Shown piece by piece: positions 51,420 through 64,000 of a stretch of 64,000 nt of DNA. Source of the DNA: Lama guanicoe (taxonomy: Eukaryota). Position numbers and translations under genes: made by a program. The stretch's first letter is position 1. The number at the start of each line of letters is the position of its first letter. The stretch lies in NCBI GenBank assembly GCA_013239625.1, contig MU053588.1, positions 87,988-151,987 of the forward strand. Direction: 5' to 3'. The notes below the pieces were generated by a model. It saw only the letters and a program-made list of their open reading frames with translations. It had not been told where the DNA came from and searched no databases.

Positions 51420-52260
51420 GTTTCTTTGGTGCGGTTTGGGTCTGAGACTCCCAGGTTTCCGCTGCCAGAGCAGCACAGGTCCTGCGCCAGGCTAATCCGC
51501 GGAGAAATGAATTATGTCAAAAATGGCGGTGTAGTCAGTCAGTCTGGAACATTCTCAGAGAGAGTTACAATTCCTAAAAGACTCTTGGGCGCCACTCTGT
51601 CCTTCACTGTGTCCAAGCTCAGGGCAGAAGGCCAACACAATCTTGGGCGGGCGCCTCAACCATCCCAACTCTAGACTACATTTCCCAGAAGTTCGGGCGG
51701 CTTCGGTGCGACTCCCGCGACCTGTTTCTATTTCTCAGGGAACACATGGCTCCCTGGGATTGGCTAGACACATGGAGGCAGCTTGTCTCTAGGGCGTAGG
51801 GGGCTGCCCCTGGATCTTGAAGACTACTGGCAGCGATTCCGAGAGGGGAGAAGAGATGTGGCTCGGCCTAGGCTGTGCTCTAACAGAAAATCCGAGGGTT
51901 GGCAGCCATCTTGTCCAAGCGAATCTGGCTCCGGACTACATTTCCCAGAGGCCCCGGCGGATTTAGGGCCGCCCCTTCACTCGCCTGCAGGACCCTCGGC
52001 CTCCAGGGAAGGGGGAGTGCAAGGTGAGCGGCCTAGGTCTTGAGGGCTCGGCTAGGTTCCGGAGGTGCATCCGCGAGGGTCTGAAGGGACTGTCTAGGCG
52101 GGTCCGGAGTCTCGGGGCCATATTATTTGGCCGGTCTGGGGGGTGGGCCGAAGTGTGGGATTCCACATGTGCGTTTGTGACCCTTGTGACTGTGTGGCGG
52201 TGTGTGCGGGTGTGTTTGTATGTCCCTGTGGTGGGTGTATCATTGTGACTGTGTGCGCGG
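51420..52260 (+). promoter_or_regulatory. CpG-island promoter and first exon of a plus-strand gene, probably a KRAB-ZNF (ZNF383-like by human synteny, unverified)
   Basis: Two ACTACATTTCCCAGA ZNF143/THAP11-type motifs (51675-51691, 51935-51952); YY1-type aaaatggcgg ~51520; strong donor CAAG|gtgagc at 52023/52024 followed by a GT-rich intron start. Confidence 0.78.
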
Positions 52261-52859
52261 AGCTCTGTGTGTAGGTATGGTTGTGTCCCCGTGGTAGGAC
52301 TGTGATTTTGCTTGTCTGTTTAACTTTGTGTCATTGTGTGTACTGGGGAGGGGAGTGTAGGGAATCTGATTATGTGGCTATGACTTTGTTATCTGAGGGC
52401 TGCGTGTGTGTGATTGATTGTGGTTCTATGAATGTTAGCAGTACTAAGTGTACTGGACGTCTGTGACTGTGAGGATGTGTGAGTGTGAACTTGTAACTTT
52501 TTGTGGCACTGTGTGTGTGGTTGGAGGGTGCCTATAATTGTGCCAGGCTGATTGTGTGTCCCAGTGGTTGATATATGACATCAGGACAGATTTTGGTCTT
52601 GGACAGCATTGACTTTTCCCCTTCTAACACCAGGAATGCTCAGGGCAGTCTAAATTCCTCTAAACTCTCTTCATCCGTCCTCTCCATGGGTAATAGGTGT
52701 GGGTCCAGAGTAACCTCGGATCAGTCTGTGCCACCAGAAAGGCCTGGCATTTCATGATTCCTTTCTCCTTTCTCAGCTCTGCTTTTCTCAGAGAGGTCCC
52801 CAGAGGAAGACGGAGGAATGGCTGTTGGCCATGCCGAATACAAGGTGCGCTTGGGTTTC

Positions 52860-54760
52860 CTTTTTGCTTTATAAGTACCCTGGTGCACATATGCATACTT
52901 CCCTAGGTAATAAACATACCAATGGAATTGCTGGGCCATAGGGTATGTGTGTATCTTCAAATTTCCTGGATAATGCTGGCCTGATTTTCAGTATGGTTGT
53001 ACCAGTTAAATTCTTACCGGCAGTTTATAAACCTAATCATCTTGTATTCTCTCTAATACTGGGTCACTTGGTATTTTAATTTTTGATGAATCTGCTGGTG
53101 TAATGGCTTAGCATGTGGTTTTTAAAAATACACACTCCAAAAAGTACAAAAATAAAAATATAAGACTTGATGAATTTTACAAAATGATCATATTTGTTTA
53201 ACCAGAGCTCAGGAAATCAGTTCAGGAAATAGAGCATTACCAGCATTCCAGAAGCCTAATTCTTGTCCCGTCCACTCACTGCCCACATCTCCCAAAGATA
53301 ACAATTATTCTATCTTCTATAGCCATGGATTAATTTTATCTGTTCTTAAATTTTATATAAATAGAATCACACAGTATCTGCTCTTTTGTGCTTGGCTTCT
53401 TTTGTTCACCATGACATTTCACATGTAATACGAATGTACTGTATAATAATATTATGTAGTATGGATATGTGAGATTCATCCGTGTTGCTTCATGTAGTTG
53501 TAGGTCATTTGTTATTGTTACTTAAAAGTGCATTGTATAAACATACCACAATTTGTTTATCCTTTCCATTATTGATTGGCTTTTGAGTTGTTTTCAGGTT
53601 GGGACTATTATGAGCAGGACTGCTATGACCATTCTTGTGTGTCTGTTGGTGCACGTATGAATGCATTTCTGTTGGGTATATTTCTAGGATTGAAACTTCT
53701 GTAGCATAGGTTATACAAATATTCAACTTTAGTATATATTGACAATTTTCCTAAATGGTTGGATCAGTTTACACTCCTGACTTTAGTGGATGAGAATAGA
53801 CTTTGAGAGAAGCTTTACTGGAGACAAACAGCAATAGTTCATAATAAAAAGGTTAGTCCACCAGTAAGATATTATCATTCTAAATGTATAGACCTTCATA
53901 AAATGACTTCAAATATATATGACAGAACTGAAAGAGATAGTAGACAAATCACAATCATAGTAGGGGATTTTTAGCACTTTCTTCAATAGCTGGTAGGACA
54001 ATCAGTATAAACCCAGTAAAGTTATATAACATTTGGACAATGTGATTGACAAATCTCACTTAAATGTTATATGTAGAACAGTGTACAATACAACTATAAT
54101 ATATATTACTTTCAGGTGCATATGACACATTTATCCAAATTGATCATATGCTGGACCATAAAGTGAATCTCAATAAATTTCAAAGGATTGAAACATACAT
54201 AAAACTATATGTTTTCTGACCATAATGGAATTCAGCGAGAAGTCAACAACAAAAAGATAATTAGAAATTTCCCAATGTTCAAGATTTAAGCAATGGTAAA
54301 CAACTAGTGAGTCAAAGAAGAAACTGCAATAGAAATTCAAAGTATTCTGACTGAATGATAATGAAAATATAACATCAAAATGTGGGGTGTCGCTGAAGCT
54401 GAACCTGAGGGAAATATATAGCTGTAAATACATAATTCTAGTAAAGAAGAATGTTGAAAAATCGATCTATGTGTTCATCTTAAGAAATTAAGGAAAAGCA
54501 TACTAAATTAAACCCAAAGAAAGCTAAAACTAGGAAACAATAAGAGCTCAAATATAAACTTACAAATACAAATATAAATGTATATTGAAACATGAAGTGA
54601 ATTTATAATTGAGAAGATTAATAAAGCCAAAAGTTTATTTGGGGGAATTAGTACAACTGATAAGCCACTAGCAAAACTTGAAGGAAAAAAGGGAGAAAAG
54701 ACACAGATTACCAAATTAGATAGGAAGGAAAAAACAAAACCACCACAGATTATGTTTAAG
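52860..54760. mobile_element. Old L1 fragments: minus-strand 3' region (~52860-53800) and plus-strand ORF2 endonuclease region (~53800-54760)
   Basis: tgagattcatccgtgttgc; acaatcatagtaggggatttt; ttttctgaccataatggaatt. Confidence 0.78.
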
Positions 54761-55654
54761 GCTGAGTTCCCAATTCCTGATTGGTACCTGGGACTTATTG
54801 CACAATATTAGAACCTGAGCCAGTGACCATTATGGTGATTCCCTTTTTAATTTCATCAGACGTGTAAATTTTTGATTTTGATAAAGATTTTTATTTTTGT
54901 AACTCTGTCTTTATTGGACATGAAGTGTGCTTTGTTTTCATAGTCTGCAACGTCATTACAACTCACTCTCCTGCCATGAAGATATATTGACGTGGGCGAG
55001 GGGTGTTTTTTAAAAAACTTAAATTTCCTAGTTAATGTTGCTACATAATTATTAGGGGTTTAATATTGTTAATAAAATGTTCATTTCCTAGGTGATAATG
55101 GACTGAGTATACAGTGAGCTCTCATTTGGAACATTCAGCTTATTTACTGTACCCTGTTTCCACTTGGTTTTGTGTGTGTCCACTGGTGCTGACTGTGGAA
55201 TACACTTTCTATCTTGGATTATTATGTGAGGCCGCAGGTGTGATGGGTCCTTCCTGGTTTTGGTACATTTTTCCTTTTTCTGGAGCTAAGTGGCTTTTTC
55301 GAAGTACTCTGCATTTATACTTTTCAGATTGCGCAGATGGAAACAAGCACCTTTTACCAGGAATCTGAATAATATAACGAGAAAAAAAAACCCACAAATG
55401 AAATCACTAATTATGACAAGTTAAAGAAAAAAACTATTCTTATTCACTTTCCTCTTTTGTGGACTTTATAACAGTTTTCCTCTCACATGTTATTATGGAC
55501 TTAACATTTTCAGATGTTTCAGTTAACTGATGATTGTCATGGGCTCCATTGTAGCACAAATGCGGCAGGAGGAGTGTATTGCTGCATAAATGTTCATTAC
55601 TTGGCCCCCTGCAGGAGACTCTGAAAAGGAGTCCTTTCAGCACAGCACCTGATA

Positions 55655-55871
55655 GTTTTTGTTTTTTGTTTGTTTTCTTATAAACAACAGAAATTTATTT
55701 CTCACAGTTCTGGATGCTGAAAGTCTGAGAGCAGGATGGTCTCAGACATGGTCAGGTGAGGAGGGCCCTCTTCAGGGTTGCAGACTTTTTTTTTTCTCCT
55801 TTATATTTTAAAAAAAATTGTTTATTTATTTATGTTTAGTTTACAACGTTGTGTTAGTTTCTGGTGTACAG
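55655..55871 (-). mobile_element. Truncated L1 insertion carrying a probable 3' transduction (MLT1-derived)
   Basis: TSD cagcacctgata at 55643-55654 and 55872-55883 encloses the L1 3' end, a first A-tract, an MLT1 fragment with AATAAA and a second A-rich tail. Confidence 0.75.
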
Positions 55872-56789
55872 CAGCACCTGATATTTTTGAAAATAGCCTC
55901 ACTTTTTGGTAATAGCAGAAGGTTCCAGATCTATCCGAAAAAAATTTTATTTTTTCTGTTCTAAGACATGTAGTCAGCTGTTATCCAGGAACCCTCTATG
56001 CTTTTCTCTTGTCTTCACTTTTCCTCTTTCCTTCTTAGAAATGAATGAAAGACCAGAAACAGGTGACTTATCTTATACCTGAGAGTTTGTTGGGCAAAAA
56101 CGCTGCCATTATTGGGCTACTTTACGTGGTACCGGAGCTCAGAAGTTTTCTTTTTAAGGTTTTGTGTTCATATTATTTTTCTCTAATTTTCTTATCTTAA
56201 GTGATTTTTTTTCAACCTTCAAAAGTTTCTCATACTTCTCATACTGAAGCTATTCAATATTAGCTTCATTATGTAGTGATTAAACATTCCAGTGGTAATT
56301 CTATGACTGCATAAGGCTAAAAACTTTTTTTATGACTCTATTAACCTAAAAATGAGCAGCCTTAAGAGTTGGAGAGTTAGGATACAGGTAGTATTTTTGC
56401 AAGTTAAATACTTGGTGTTTTGAGCAGGCTTACTCTGAATTAAAGTAATTTGGGTGGTGCAGATGAAAACGTTTACTGAAAATCTGGAGTTTACCCAAGA
56501 GAAATTAAGATGAGCATCAGTCTCCCCAGTTTTGTTAGCCCTATGCCCTTTCTGTCTTAATTTCCTCTCCAGTCCATTTTCCTGGCCAAAACCAAGCAAG
56601 GATGTGCTGATTCCCCTCGCCCATTAGCCACTCAGAATGTTTACGCCACCCTCAGTTTCTTTTCCTTACTAGGAAATAGAGTTATTGTCTATTCCAACAT
56701 GAGTGGGGATGCGTTGGGAAAGTAATGGACTGTAATGGAAATTACGTTAGAAAAGCATTCTAAAGAATTCGGTTCTTAAAAAACTAATT

Positions 56790-57530
56790 TTACTCAACAT
56801 TATTAGTCATAAGGAAAATGTGAATCAAAACACAAAGAGATACCACTTCATACCTACTAGGATGGCTCTGATTAAAAAAACAGACAGTAAGAAGTATTGG
56901 GGAGGATTTGCAGAAATTGCTGGCGGGATATAAAATGGGGCAAATGCTTTAGAAAAAAGTTTGGTAGTTCTTTAAAAAGTTAAGCAGATTTACCATATGA
57001 CCCAGCAGTTTCACGCCTAGGTACGTACCCAAGGGAATTGAAAACATATTGACACAAAAACTTGTTCCAGGAATGTTCAAAGCTATTCACAATAACCAAA
57101 AAATGGAAACAATTCAAATGCCCATCAACTGGTATAAATGGATAAACAAAATGTCGTATAGCCACACAGTGGAATATTATTTGCTGATAAAAAGGAATGA
57201 TGTTCTGATATATGCTACAACATGGATATACCTTGAAAACTTTTTAAGTGAGAGAATCTAGTCACAAAAGGTCATATATTGTATGATTCCATTTGTATGA
57301 AATGTCTAGAATAGGCAAGTCCACAGCAGCAGAAAGTAGATTAGTGGTTGCTTAGGGCTAGGGGAGGAAGGGAAACGGGAACTGGCTTTTAATGGCTTTT
57401 CTTTTAGAGGAGATGAAAATGTTCTAAAATTGGATTGTGTTAGTATACTAAAAAGCATTGAACTGTATACTTTAAATGAGTAACTTATATAACATATGAA
57501 TTATATCTCAGTAAAGCTGTTAAAAAATAA
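56790..57530 (+). mobile_element. L1MB-like 3' region
   Basis: gataccacttcatacctactaggatggct...ttaccatatgacccagcag...tgtatgattccattt...tatctcagtaaagctgttaaaaa. Confidence 0.85.
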
Positions 57531-59214
57531 GAAAGCTGATCTAAAATTAGTGGATTAGAGTCCAGGTAAAACAAGATGTGACTTGATAATTGTTGAAGCT
57601 AGTTAATGGGCACATGGACGTTTTTTATAGTATTTAAATTCTATTTTTGTGTACGTTTGGAAATTTCTGTATTAACAAGTTAAAACAAAAAGCTAACCTC
57701 ATGCCTAATGGTGAAATACTAGACACGTTCATAGTAAAATCAGGAAGAAGGTACAGTATTATTTAACATTTTTTTTCTAAATCTACTAGAAAAACAGTAC
57801 TGCATAGGAAACGACTAGAAAGCAATTGCTTTTTTTCTTCCCATGATTTCTACTATCAAGCTGCTTTAGGGGCTAGTTGATTTCCTGCCCATGGATGAGT
57901 TTTTCAGTCAGTGTTGGATAATAAAATGTCCATGTCACTGAACTAATCAACACCATAAACTTTTATAAAAAAAAAAAATTAAGCCTCCTGACTCCTTGAG
58001 CAGGAGCTTGCAGTGAGGTAGCCTTGTTGATTACTTTTCTTTCCTTTTCCTGAACTTCTCCTCTGTCCCACTAGGTATTCTGAACTCCCTGAGGTTGGGA
58101 GCAGGGGAAGGGAGAGAGTAAGGGATAAAAAAAAAAATCCTAGTTGTATTGACACTGGTCCTCTCTTGCCTTGGGGCGTGTTCACATCTGACTTTTTGTG
58201 AAGAGAGGGCAGTGGCCTGCTCTAGCTGGCTGCCTGCAGTTCCCACACTCGGCCTTTGGGTGTTAGTCCCCCGTGGAGCCCATCTCTAGAGTGCAGGGTG
58301 TGCTACTGAAAATCCTCTTGGTAGACTTAGAATAACCTAACCCCAGGCCAGCTCCTACTGTGATGTCCAGTCCCAGGAGAGAATTAGGCCCCAGTCTTTG
58401 TGCCTTCTAACTGAGAACTCTCGTTATATTCCACGTGGAATCCTGATGGCACTGGGGTCCCCTCTTTTCTTTATGAGGTGGCATACCAGTGCTTTCCAAA
58501 AATGCATCTTTCTGTCAAAGACAACCTTCTCTCCTACACTGCGGCCTCCTCTCATACACTCTCAAATCTCTGAACTACCTTTGGAATAGATGTTGAATTG
58601 AACCAAGGGCACAAAATCAGTTTCCAGACAGCTTATTTTGCACAATGCATAAGATAGCCGAGGTTTTTCACTGTGGAATCAGGATTCTGTGGCCCATGTT
58701 ATCTTGCTCTCCTTTTCCAGGGCCTCTCTTAAGCTGAGGATGAGAAAGGCATATTTTAACATCCTGTTAAAACTGAAAACTAGTGCAAATAATAAAATTC
58801 AAAAAGGTACAAAGTCAACATCCAGAAATCAGTAGACTTTGTATGTTATAAAAAAAAAAGTGGAAGATACATTGGGAAAAGACACCATTTAATAAAAGCC
58901 ATAAAAAATAATGTAAGACACCTAGGAATAATCTGAATAAGAAACATACATGATACATAAGAAGAAAAATTTTAAATGTTCCTGATGGATACAGACATTG
59001 ACTTGAATAAACAAAGGTATTCTGTGTTCTAGGAAAGCAAGATTCAACATCATAATCAAAGAATGTCTTAATCTACTCATTTTATGCAGTCGTGGGAAAA
59101 ATACCAGTACAATTTTTAAACTGATCTACGTTCACATGGAAACTTTTGAAAAAAAAGAGTATTGAGGGGGTTATTATCTTTTTAATCTAGCTAGTCAGGC
59201 TTCAGGGTCAGAAC

Positions 59215-60160
59215 TTATTTTTTAAATGATGTTATTTTTTAGAGCAGTTTTAGATTTACAGCAAATTTGAGAGGAAGATACAGTGATTTCCCATATACCT
59301 CCTGCCCCTGCACGTGCTTAGACCATTACTAACATCCCCCACCAGAGTGGTACATCTGGTATGACTGATGAACCTACATTAACACATCATTATTAAAAAA
59401 AAAACACACATCATTATCACCCAAAGTCCATAGTTCACATTAGGTTTCATTCTTGGTGGTGTATAGTCCATGGGTTTGGACAAATGTATAATAACATGTA
59501 TTATTACTGTGGTATCATAGAGACTAGTTTCACTGCCCAATAAGTCCTCTGTGCTTCACCTATTCATCCCTCTTTTCCCCCCACCCCCCTAACCCCTGGC
59601 AACCACTGATCTTTTTACTGTCTCCATAGTTTTGCCTTTTCCAGAAAGTCATATATAGCTTTTCATATTGAAAATGGCAGACATGTATATGGCATGCATA
59701 TATGGCATATATGTGGCAGATAAAGCCTTTCATATTAATTTCTTTCACTTAGTAATACGTCTTTTCATGTCTCCATAGCTCATTTCTTTTTATTGCTGAA
59801 TAATGCCCCTTTGTCCAGATGTGCCACGGTTTATTTAACCATTCGCCTACTGAGGGCCATCTTGTTTTTTCCCAAGTTTTTGCAGTTATGAATAAAACTA
59901 CTATAAGCACCTGCACAAGTTTTTGTGTGACATAATTCTAAAACTCCTTTGGGTAAATACCAAGGAACACAATTGCTGGATCATACGGTAAGAGTATGTT
60001 TAGTTTTGTAAGAAGCTGCCAAACTGTCTTCCAAAGTGTCTGTACCGTTTTGCATTTCCCCCAGCAGTGAATGAGAGTTCCTGTTTCTCTGCATCTTCGC
60101 CAACCCTTGGGGTTCTCAGTTTTCTGGACTTTGGCCATTCTAATAGGTATGTAGTGGAGG
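59215..60160 (-). mobile_element. L1MA/L1MB-like 3' region inserted in an older plus-strand L1
   Basis: tttttagagcagttttagatttacagcaaa...ccctggcaaccactgatc...; peptide WKTVWQLLTKLNILLPYDPAI. Confidence 0.85.
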
Positions 60161-60656
60161 GGTCTTTTTAGAATTAAGACAATAAAATACATTTTAAAAT
60201 TATAATAAATAGAGAATGTGGTACTGACAAAAGAATAAATAGATCACTGAGTCAAAATAGAACCACACACAAAAAAAGTAGAACCACAAATAAATCCCAA
60301 CATGTATCTGTGATAATGGTAACATTTAAATCAGTAAGGAAAATACATTCCATAGTCATCTGTTCTAAAGCTCACTTTTCTTTTCTCATTTCAGCATATC
60401 TCAAGTCAGGTTATATCTTAAATAGTTTCTTTCTTAGTGGCATATAAAATAATGGTGCATTTTAAGTCCCATGAAATATTACATTATTCATGTGTGATTT
60501 TGTATACTTGAGTAGCCTCCTCTGGGGGAAAATTAAGTCGGATTACCAACTCCTATCTTATACTAAAATAAAATTATAATTGATAATCTTAGTCTGCTGT
60601 CTTTTACCAAATAGTCTCATACCCAAATAAAATAATAATTGATTAAAGACTTAAAT

Positions 60657-60898
60657 TTGTGGGGGAAGGATAAATTAGGAGTTTGGATTACCATATACAC
60701 ACTATTATATATACAATAGATAAACAAGGACCTACTGTATAGCAGAAGGAACTATACTCAGTATCTTGTAATAACCTATAATGTAAAAGAATCTGAAAAA
60801 GGATATGTGTGTATGTATAACTGAATCACTTTGCTGTACACCTGAAACTAATACAACATTGTAAATCAATTATACTTCAATTTTAAAAAAAGAGAAAA
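60657..60898 (+). mobile_element. Young truncated L1 3' end with a 12-bp TSD
   Basis: ggataaattaggagtttgg...aaggacctactgtatagca...ctgtacacctgaaactaa; TSD aaagacttaaat at 60645-60656 and 60899-60910. Confidence 0.85.
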
Positions 60899-61724
60899 AA
60901 AGACTTAAATGTAACAAATGAAAGTGTTAAAAGTTTTAGAAAAAAGAGACATTTATATAAATATGTATAGGTTAGAAACATCTTACCCCAAAACTAGAAG
61001 TGTTGACATTTTGACTGTTTTGTGTGGCAAGAACACATAAGAAAAGTTACTATTTTTTAAAACAATAGAGCTAGAGCATCTAGAGTATAAGAATGAGGAG
61101 TGCCTCATTGTGGGTATGAGTGTGTGGTGGGGGGCGCTGACTGATTTTCTGGTGCCTGGGAGATGAGAAGGCTTGATTAGGGGAGCCTTTAGTTCCTCTG
61201 ATTAGAGTGAACTGTGTTCCTGACCAAATGCACCATTTGGGTGAATCAGGCTTGGGGACCTGAGGTCTGCAGGGGAGCACTCTGCTCAGGGCCGATCATA
61301 GCAGCTCTGTCTTAGGTTCAGAGCAAAACATCACTGGAACGGGGCAAGGTGCTGCCTGAATCACTTGGCTGTCAAGTGATTGCCCAAGTGAAGGAGAGGG
61401 AACCTGGATTGCCTGGGTGAAGGAGAGGGAATCTCAGTCTGTATTCCTTTGGATCTGCTAGCCGGGATCCTTCTTGTTACAGCTGCAGCCTGGAGATTCT
61501 GGGGTTGAGGAAGGAGTAGGATTTATTCCATACTCCCACTAACTAGAGTTCTATCAATGGACCAAGGGAAATGGAGGTAGTTTTGCCTGGACAGTCTGAG
61601 GACTGTAAGGCCAGTGTGATTTCTAGAACTTTCCTTTGCTTCACCAGGCCTGCCTTCTCAGAACACTATCCTTTTTCAGGAGAACAGCCCCAAGGAGGAC
61701 TGATCATCTACAATATTGAAAGCC

Positions 61725-61733
61725 ATGGCCCAG
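61725..61733 (+). CDS. Probable initiator mini-exon (M-A-Q) of the plus-strand KRAB-ZNF gene; exon 61680-61733; the KRAB exon would lie beyond the window
   Basis: ctttttcag acceptor, good Kozak context aaagccATGG, and ATG GCC CAG|gtgagt phase-0 donor. This layout is typical of KRAB-ZNF start exons. Confidence 0.62.
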
Positions 61734-63029
61734 GTGAGTTAGTTGTTGTTCTTTCTTACCTTCCCGACACTCAGTTCTTTTTAAGAAAAAAAAAAATTTT
61801 AAGGGCATGTGAGCATTTGCTATCTTTCTCCTGACATTTCTGGCTATCAGGGTCCCCCCTTCAGGATCGTGGTTCCCATTTCCTCTCATTGTTGCTAGAT
61901 AATCCTGTGCCACACCTACGCACCTGCTTCTTTTGACCCAGCCTTAGTATTTTCATTCAGTAAACAACTGAGCATCTCTTTCCTCAGCCCTCTCCCAGGG
62001 ACTATGATGGAGGGGAAATGCATTTTCTTAAAGGAAACAAGAGTAGATTTATAGAATGAACTTGTCCTGTCTGTATGGTGATTTGATGAGGTGGAGGTAT
62101 GAGTTGCTTAGCTCAGAGCAAACATGGAAAAGCCAAGATTATCTCTACAGATCAGATGGGAGGTGGTGTTGGTAGCTCCAAATGTTAGATTGTTGCAAGA
62201 TCTCCTGTTTTATAACGCTTGGAGGCCTGTTGGGTGGGAACTGATACAGACAGATCTCTGGAACTCTGTTAGGATATCCATGAGAGAAGTCCAGTTTAAG
62301 GTTGAGCAGGAAGTGTGGGTCATGAGAGTTTCCATCTGAATCACCAGTTTTCTTTATCTCAGAAATAATGATAGTATTGATGGATGATTACAGTGAGTTC
62401 AGCCAGTTCATAAATTACTGAGATCATACTATAAGAGCTCAGAAGAACCTTCTAAATCTCGCCCAGTAATATCTATATTGTAGAAAATTCTGGTGTCAGA
62501 AAAATAATTATTAAAGATTTGTATTAACAGGAAATTATTCTTATAACCATAAGGCACAAGAGAAACTAGAGTTTATGAGAGTCTTTAAAATTATATGCTG
62601 TTTCAGAAATATTGCTCTTCTTAAAATGTATTTGTCAAATTTTACATGTTAATAATTCAAGGAGCATTAATGGAATCACATCATCACGTATGAAATATTC
62701 TTGACAAAAAAATCCCAACTGAATCTGATCAAGTTTCTGGACTCACCACTTCATCCTACTCCATAAAGGCAGGCACTCATCTCTTTTAGCGGTATCCAGT
62801 GAATTTAACTGTATTTTAAATTAATATTCCTATGATGCTATTTCTTGATTAATTAATTTTTAGACATTTTCTAGTTTTTTACTTGCAAGGTGTGTGTGGA
62901 TTTAGATATGCTATATCTCACTCTCTACTGCCTTTCCTCACAACAGAGTTATATCACAATTTTGTTTAAATCAATGCTATATACACGGTTGCAACTATTC
63001 TCTACCACCCCTCTTTAGAAAACTTTATT

Positions 63030-64000
63030 ATAATAAATTCCAGACACAGAAAAGTGGAGTAGTCTTATGAGCTACCATATGCTCACCATTAAGTTTTAAT
63101 AATTATCTACTCACAGTCAGTCTTGTTTCATGCATGCCTCTTCCTGTTTCTTCCATGCACACTGCCTACCCTCACTCCCACACATAGGATTATTTTGAAG
63201 GAAATTGGTATGTAACTCTAAAAGATAAGGATTCTTTTTTAAAAGAAGATTCCTTATGCCATTATTGCATCTGAAAAAGTTAAAGATAATTTGTTAATGT
63301 CATCAATATCCCGTGTTCACATTTTCATAATTGTCTGATGTTTTAATTATTTATTTGTATTAGAATCCAGATAAGGACTGTGCACTGTAGTTGGTTGATA
63401 TGTCTCTTGAATCTCTTACTTTGTAGGTACCCCTTCCGTCTCTCTTCTATCTGTGCAGTTTTTAGTTTGTTGTTGTTCGAAAAGAAAAAATTGATTTGTC
63501 CACTGTTTGGATTTTGCTGATTTCTTCTCTGTGGTATCATCTGAGTCTTTCCTGCAAATCACTCATTAGATCTAGAAACTTGATCAGATTCAGTTGGGAT
63601 TTTTTTGTCAAGAATATTTCATAGGTGGTGATGTGTGAGTCCATTGGGAGACATGTTATTTCTGATTCTCTTTCCTTTTTTAATGTTAACCACCAATGAT
63701 TATTATTGTCTAGATTCATTAATTCGTTAGTGGTTTCAAAATGATGTTTTAATTCTGTCATTCCGTCTTCATAGATTAGGTAGAGTACTATCTGTAAAGT
63801 TAAATGTCTTATCAACTGTTTGGTTACCCTGAAAGACAGTTTGTATGGGAACGGATGTTTGATTCTTGCCCTTTGTTTTCCAGTGTTTAAAATAATGAGT
63901 TGGTTTCATAGACTTCTATAAAGATAACTAGTGATTTTTTAATTCAGTATAGTTATGAACTCATAGATTTAAGTATTTTTGGTCTAATCAGTCCATTATA
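63030..64000 (-). mobile_element. Ancient L1MC/ME-like 3' region
   Basis: ttggttgatatgtctctt, ttagatctagaaacttgatcagattcag and similar hallmark strings. Confidence 0.6.

Overview
Mammalian genomic DNA from a KRAB zinc-finger gene cluster, probably camelid (inferred from seven copies of a short tRNA-Ala-derived SINE resembling Vic-1). The window holds one complete minus-strand gene that closely matches human ZNF585A/ZNF585B as I recall them: first exon/promoter near 47.9-48.3 kb, ATG exon 45232-45300, KRAB-A 36375-36501, KRAB-B 32325-32417, and a last exon with 21 intact C2H2 fingers ending at 28727. It also holds the 5' ends of two neighbouring transcription units: a CpG-rich promoter at ~5.9-6.5 kb and a ZNF143-motif promoter at ~51.4-52.2 kb with a plus-strand ATG-GCC-CAG exon at 61725-61733. 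The rest is mostly transposon debris (L1, L2, MIR, MLT1, MER5A/20/58, a near full-length Tigger2-family element). The most unusual items are: a degenerate GC-rich ~0.7-0.8 kb tandem array (about six units, 13.6-19.0 kb) that may be a relic of an SST1-like macrosatellite; an intact 143-codon ZNF81-like linker upstream of the human-type ZNF585 splice acceptor; an L1 3' transduction; and a 52-bp local templated insertion. I found no convincing new biological system. Repeat and gene names come from recall, not searches, and old-repeat boundaries are approximate.
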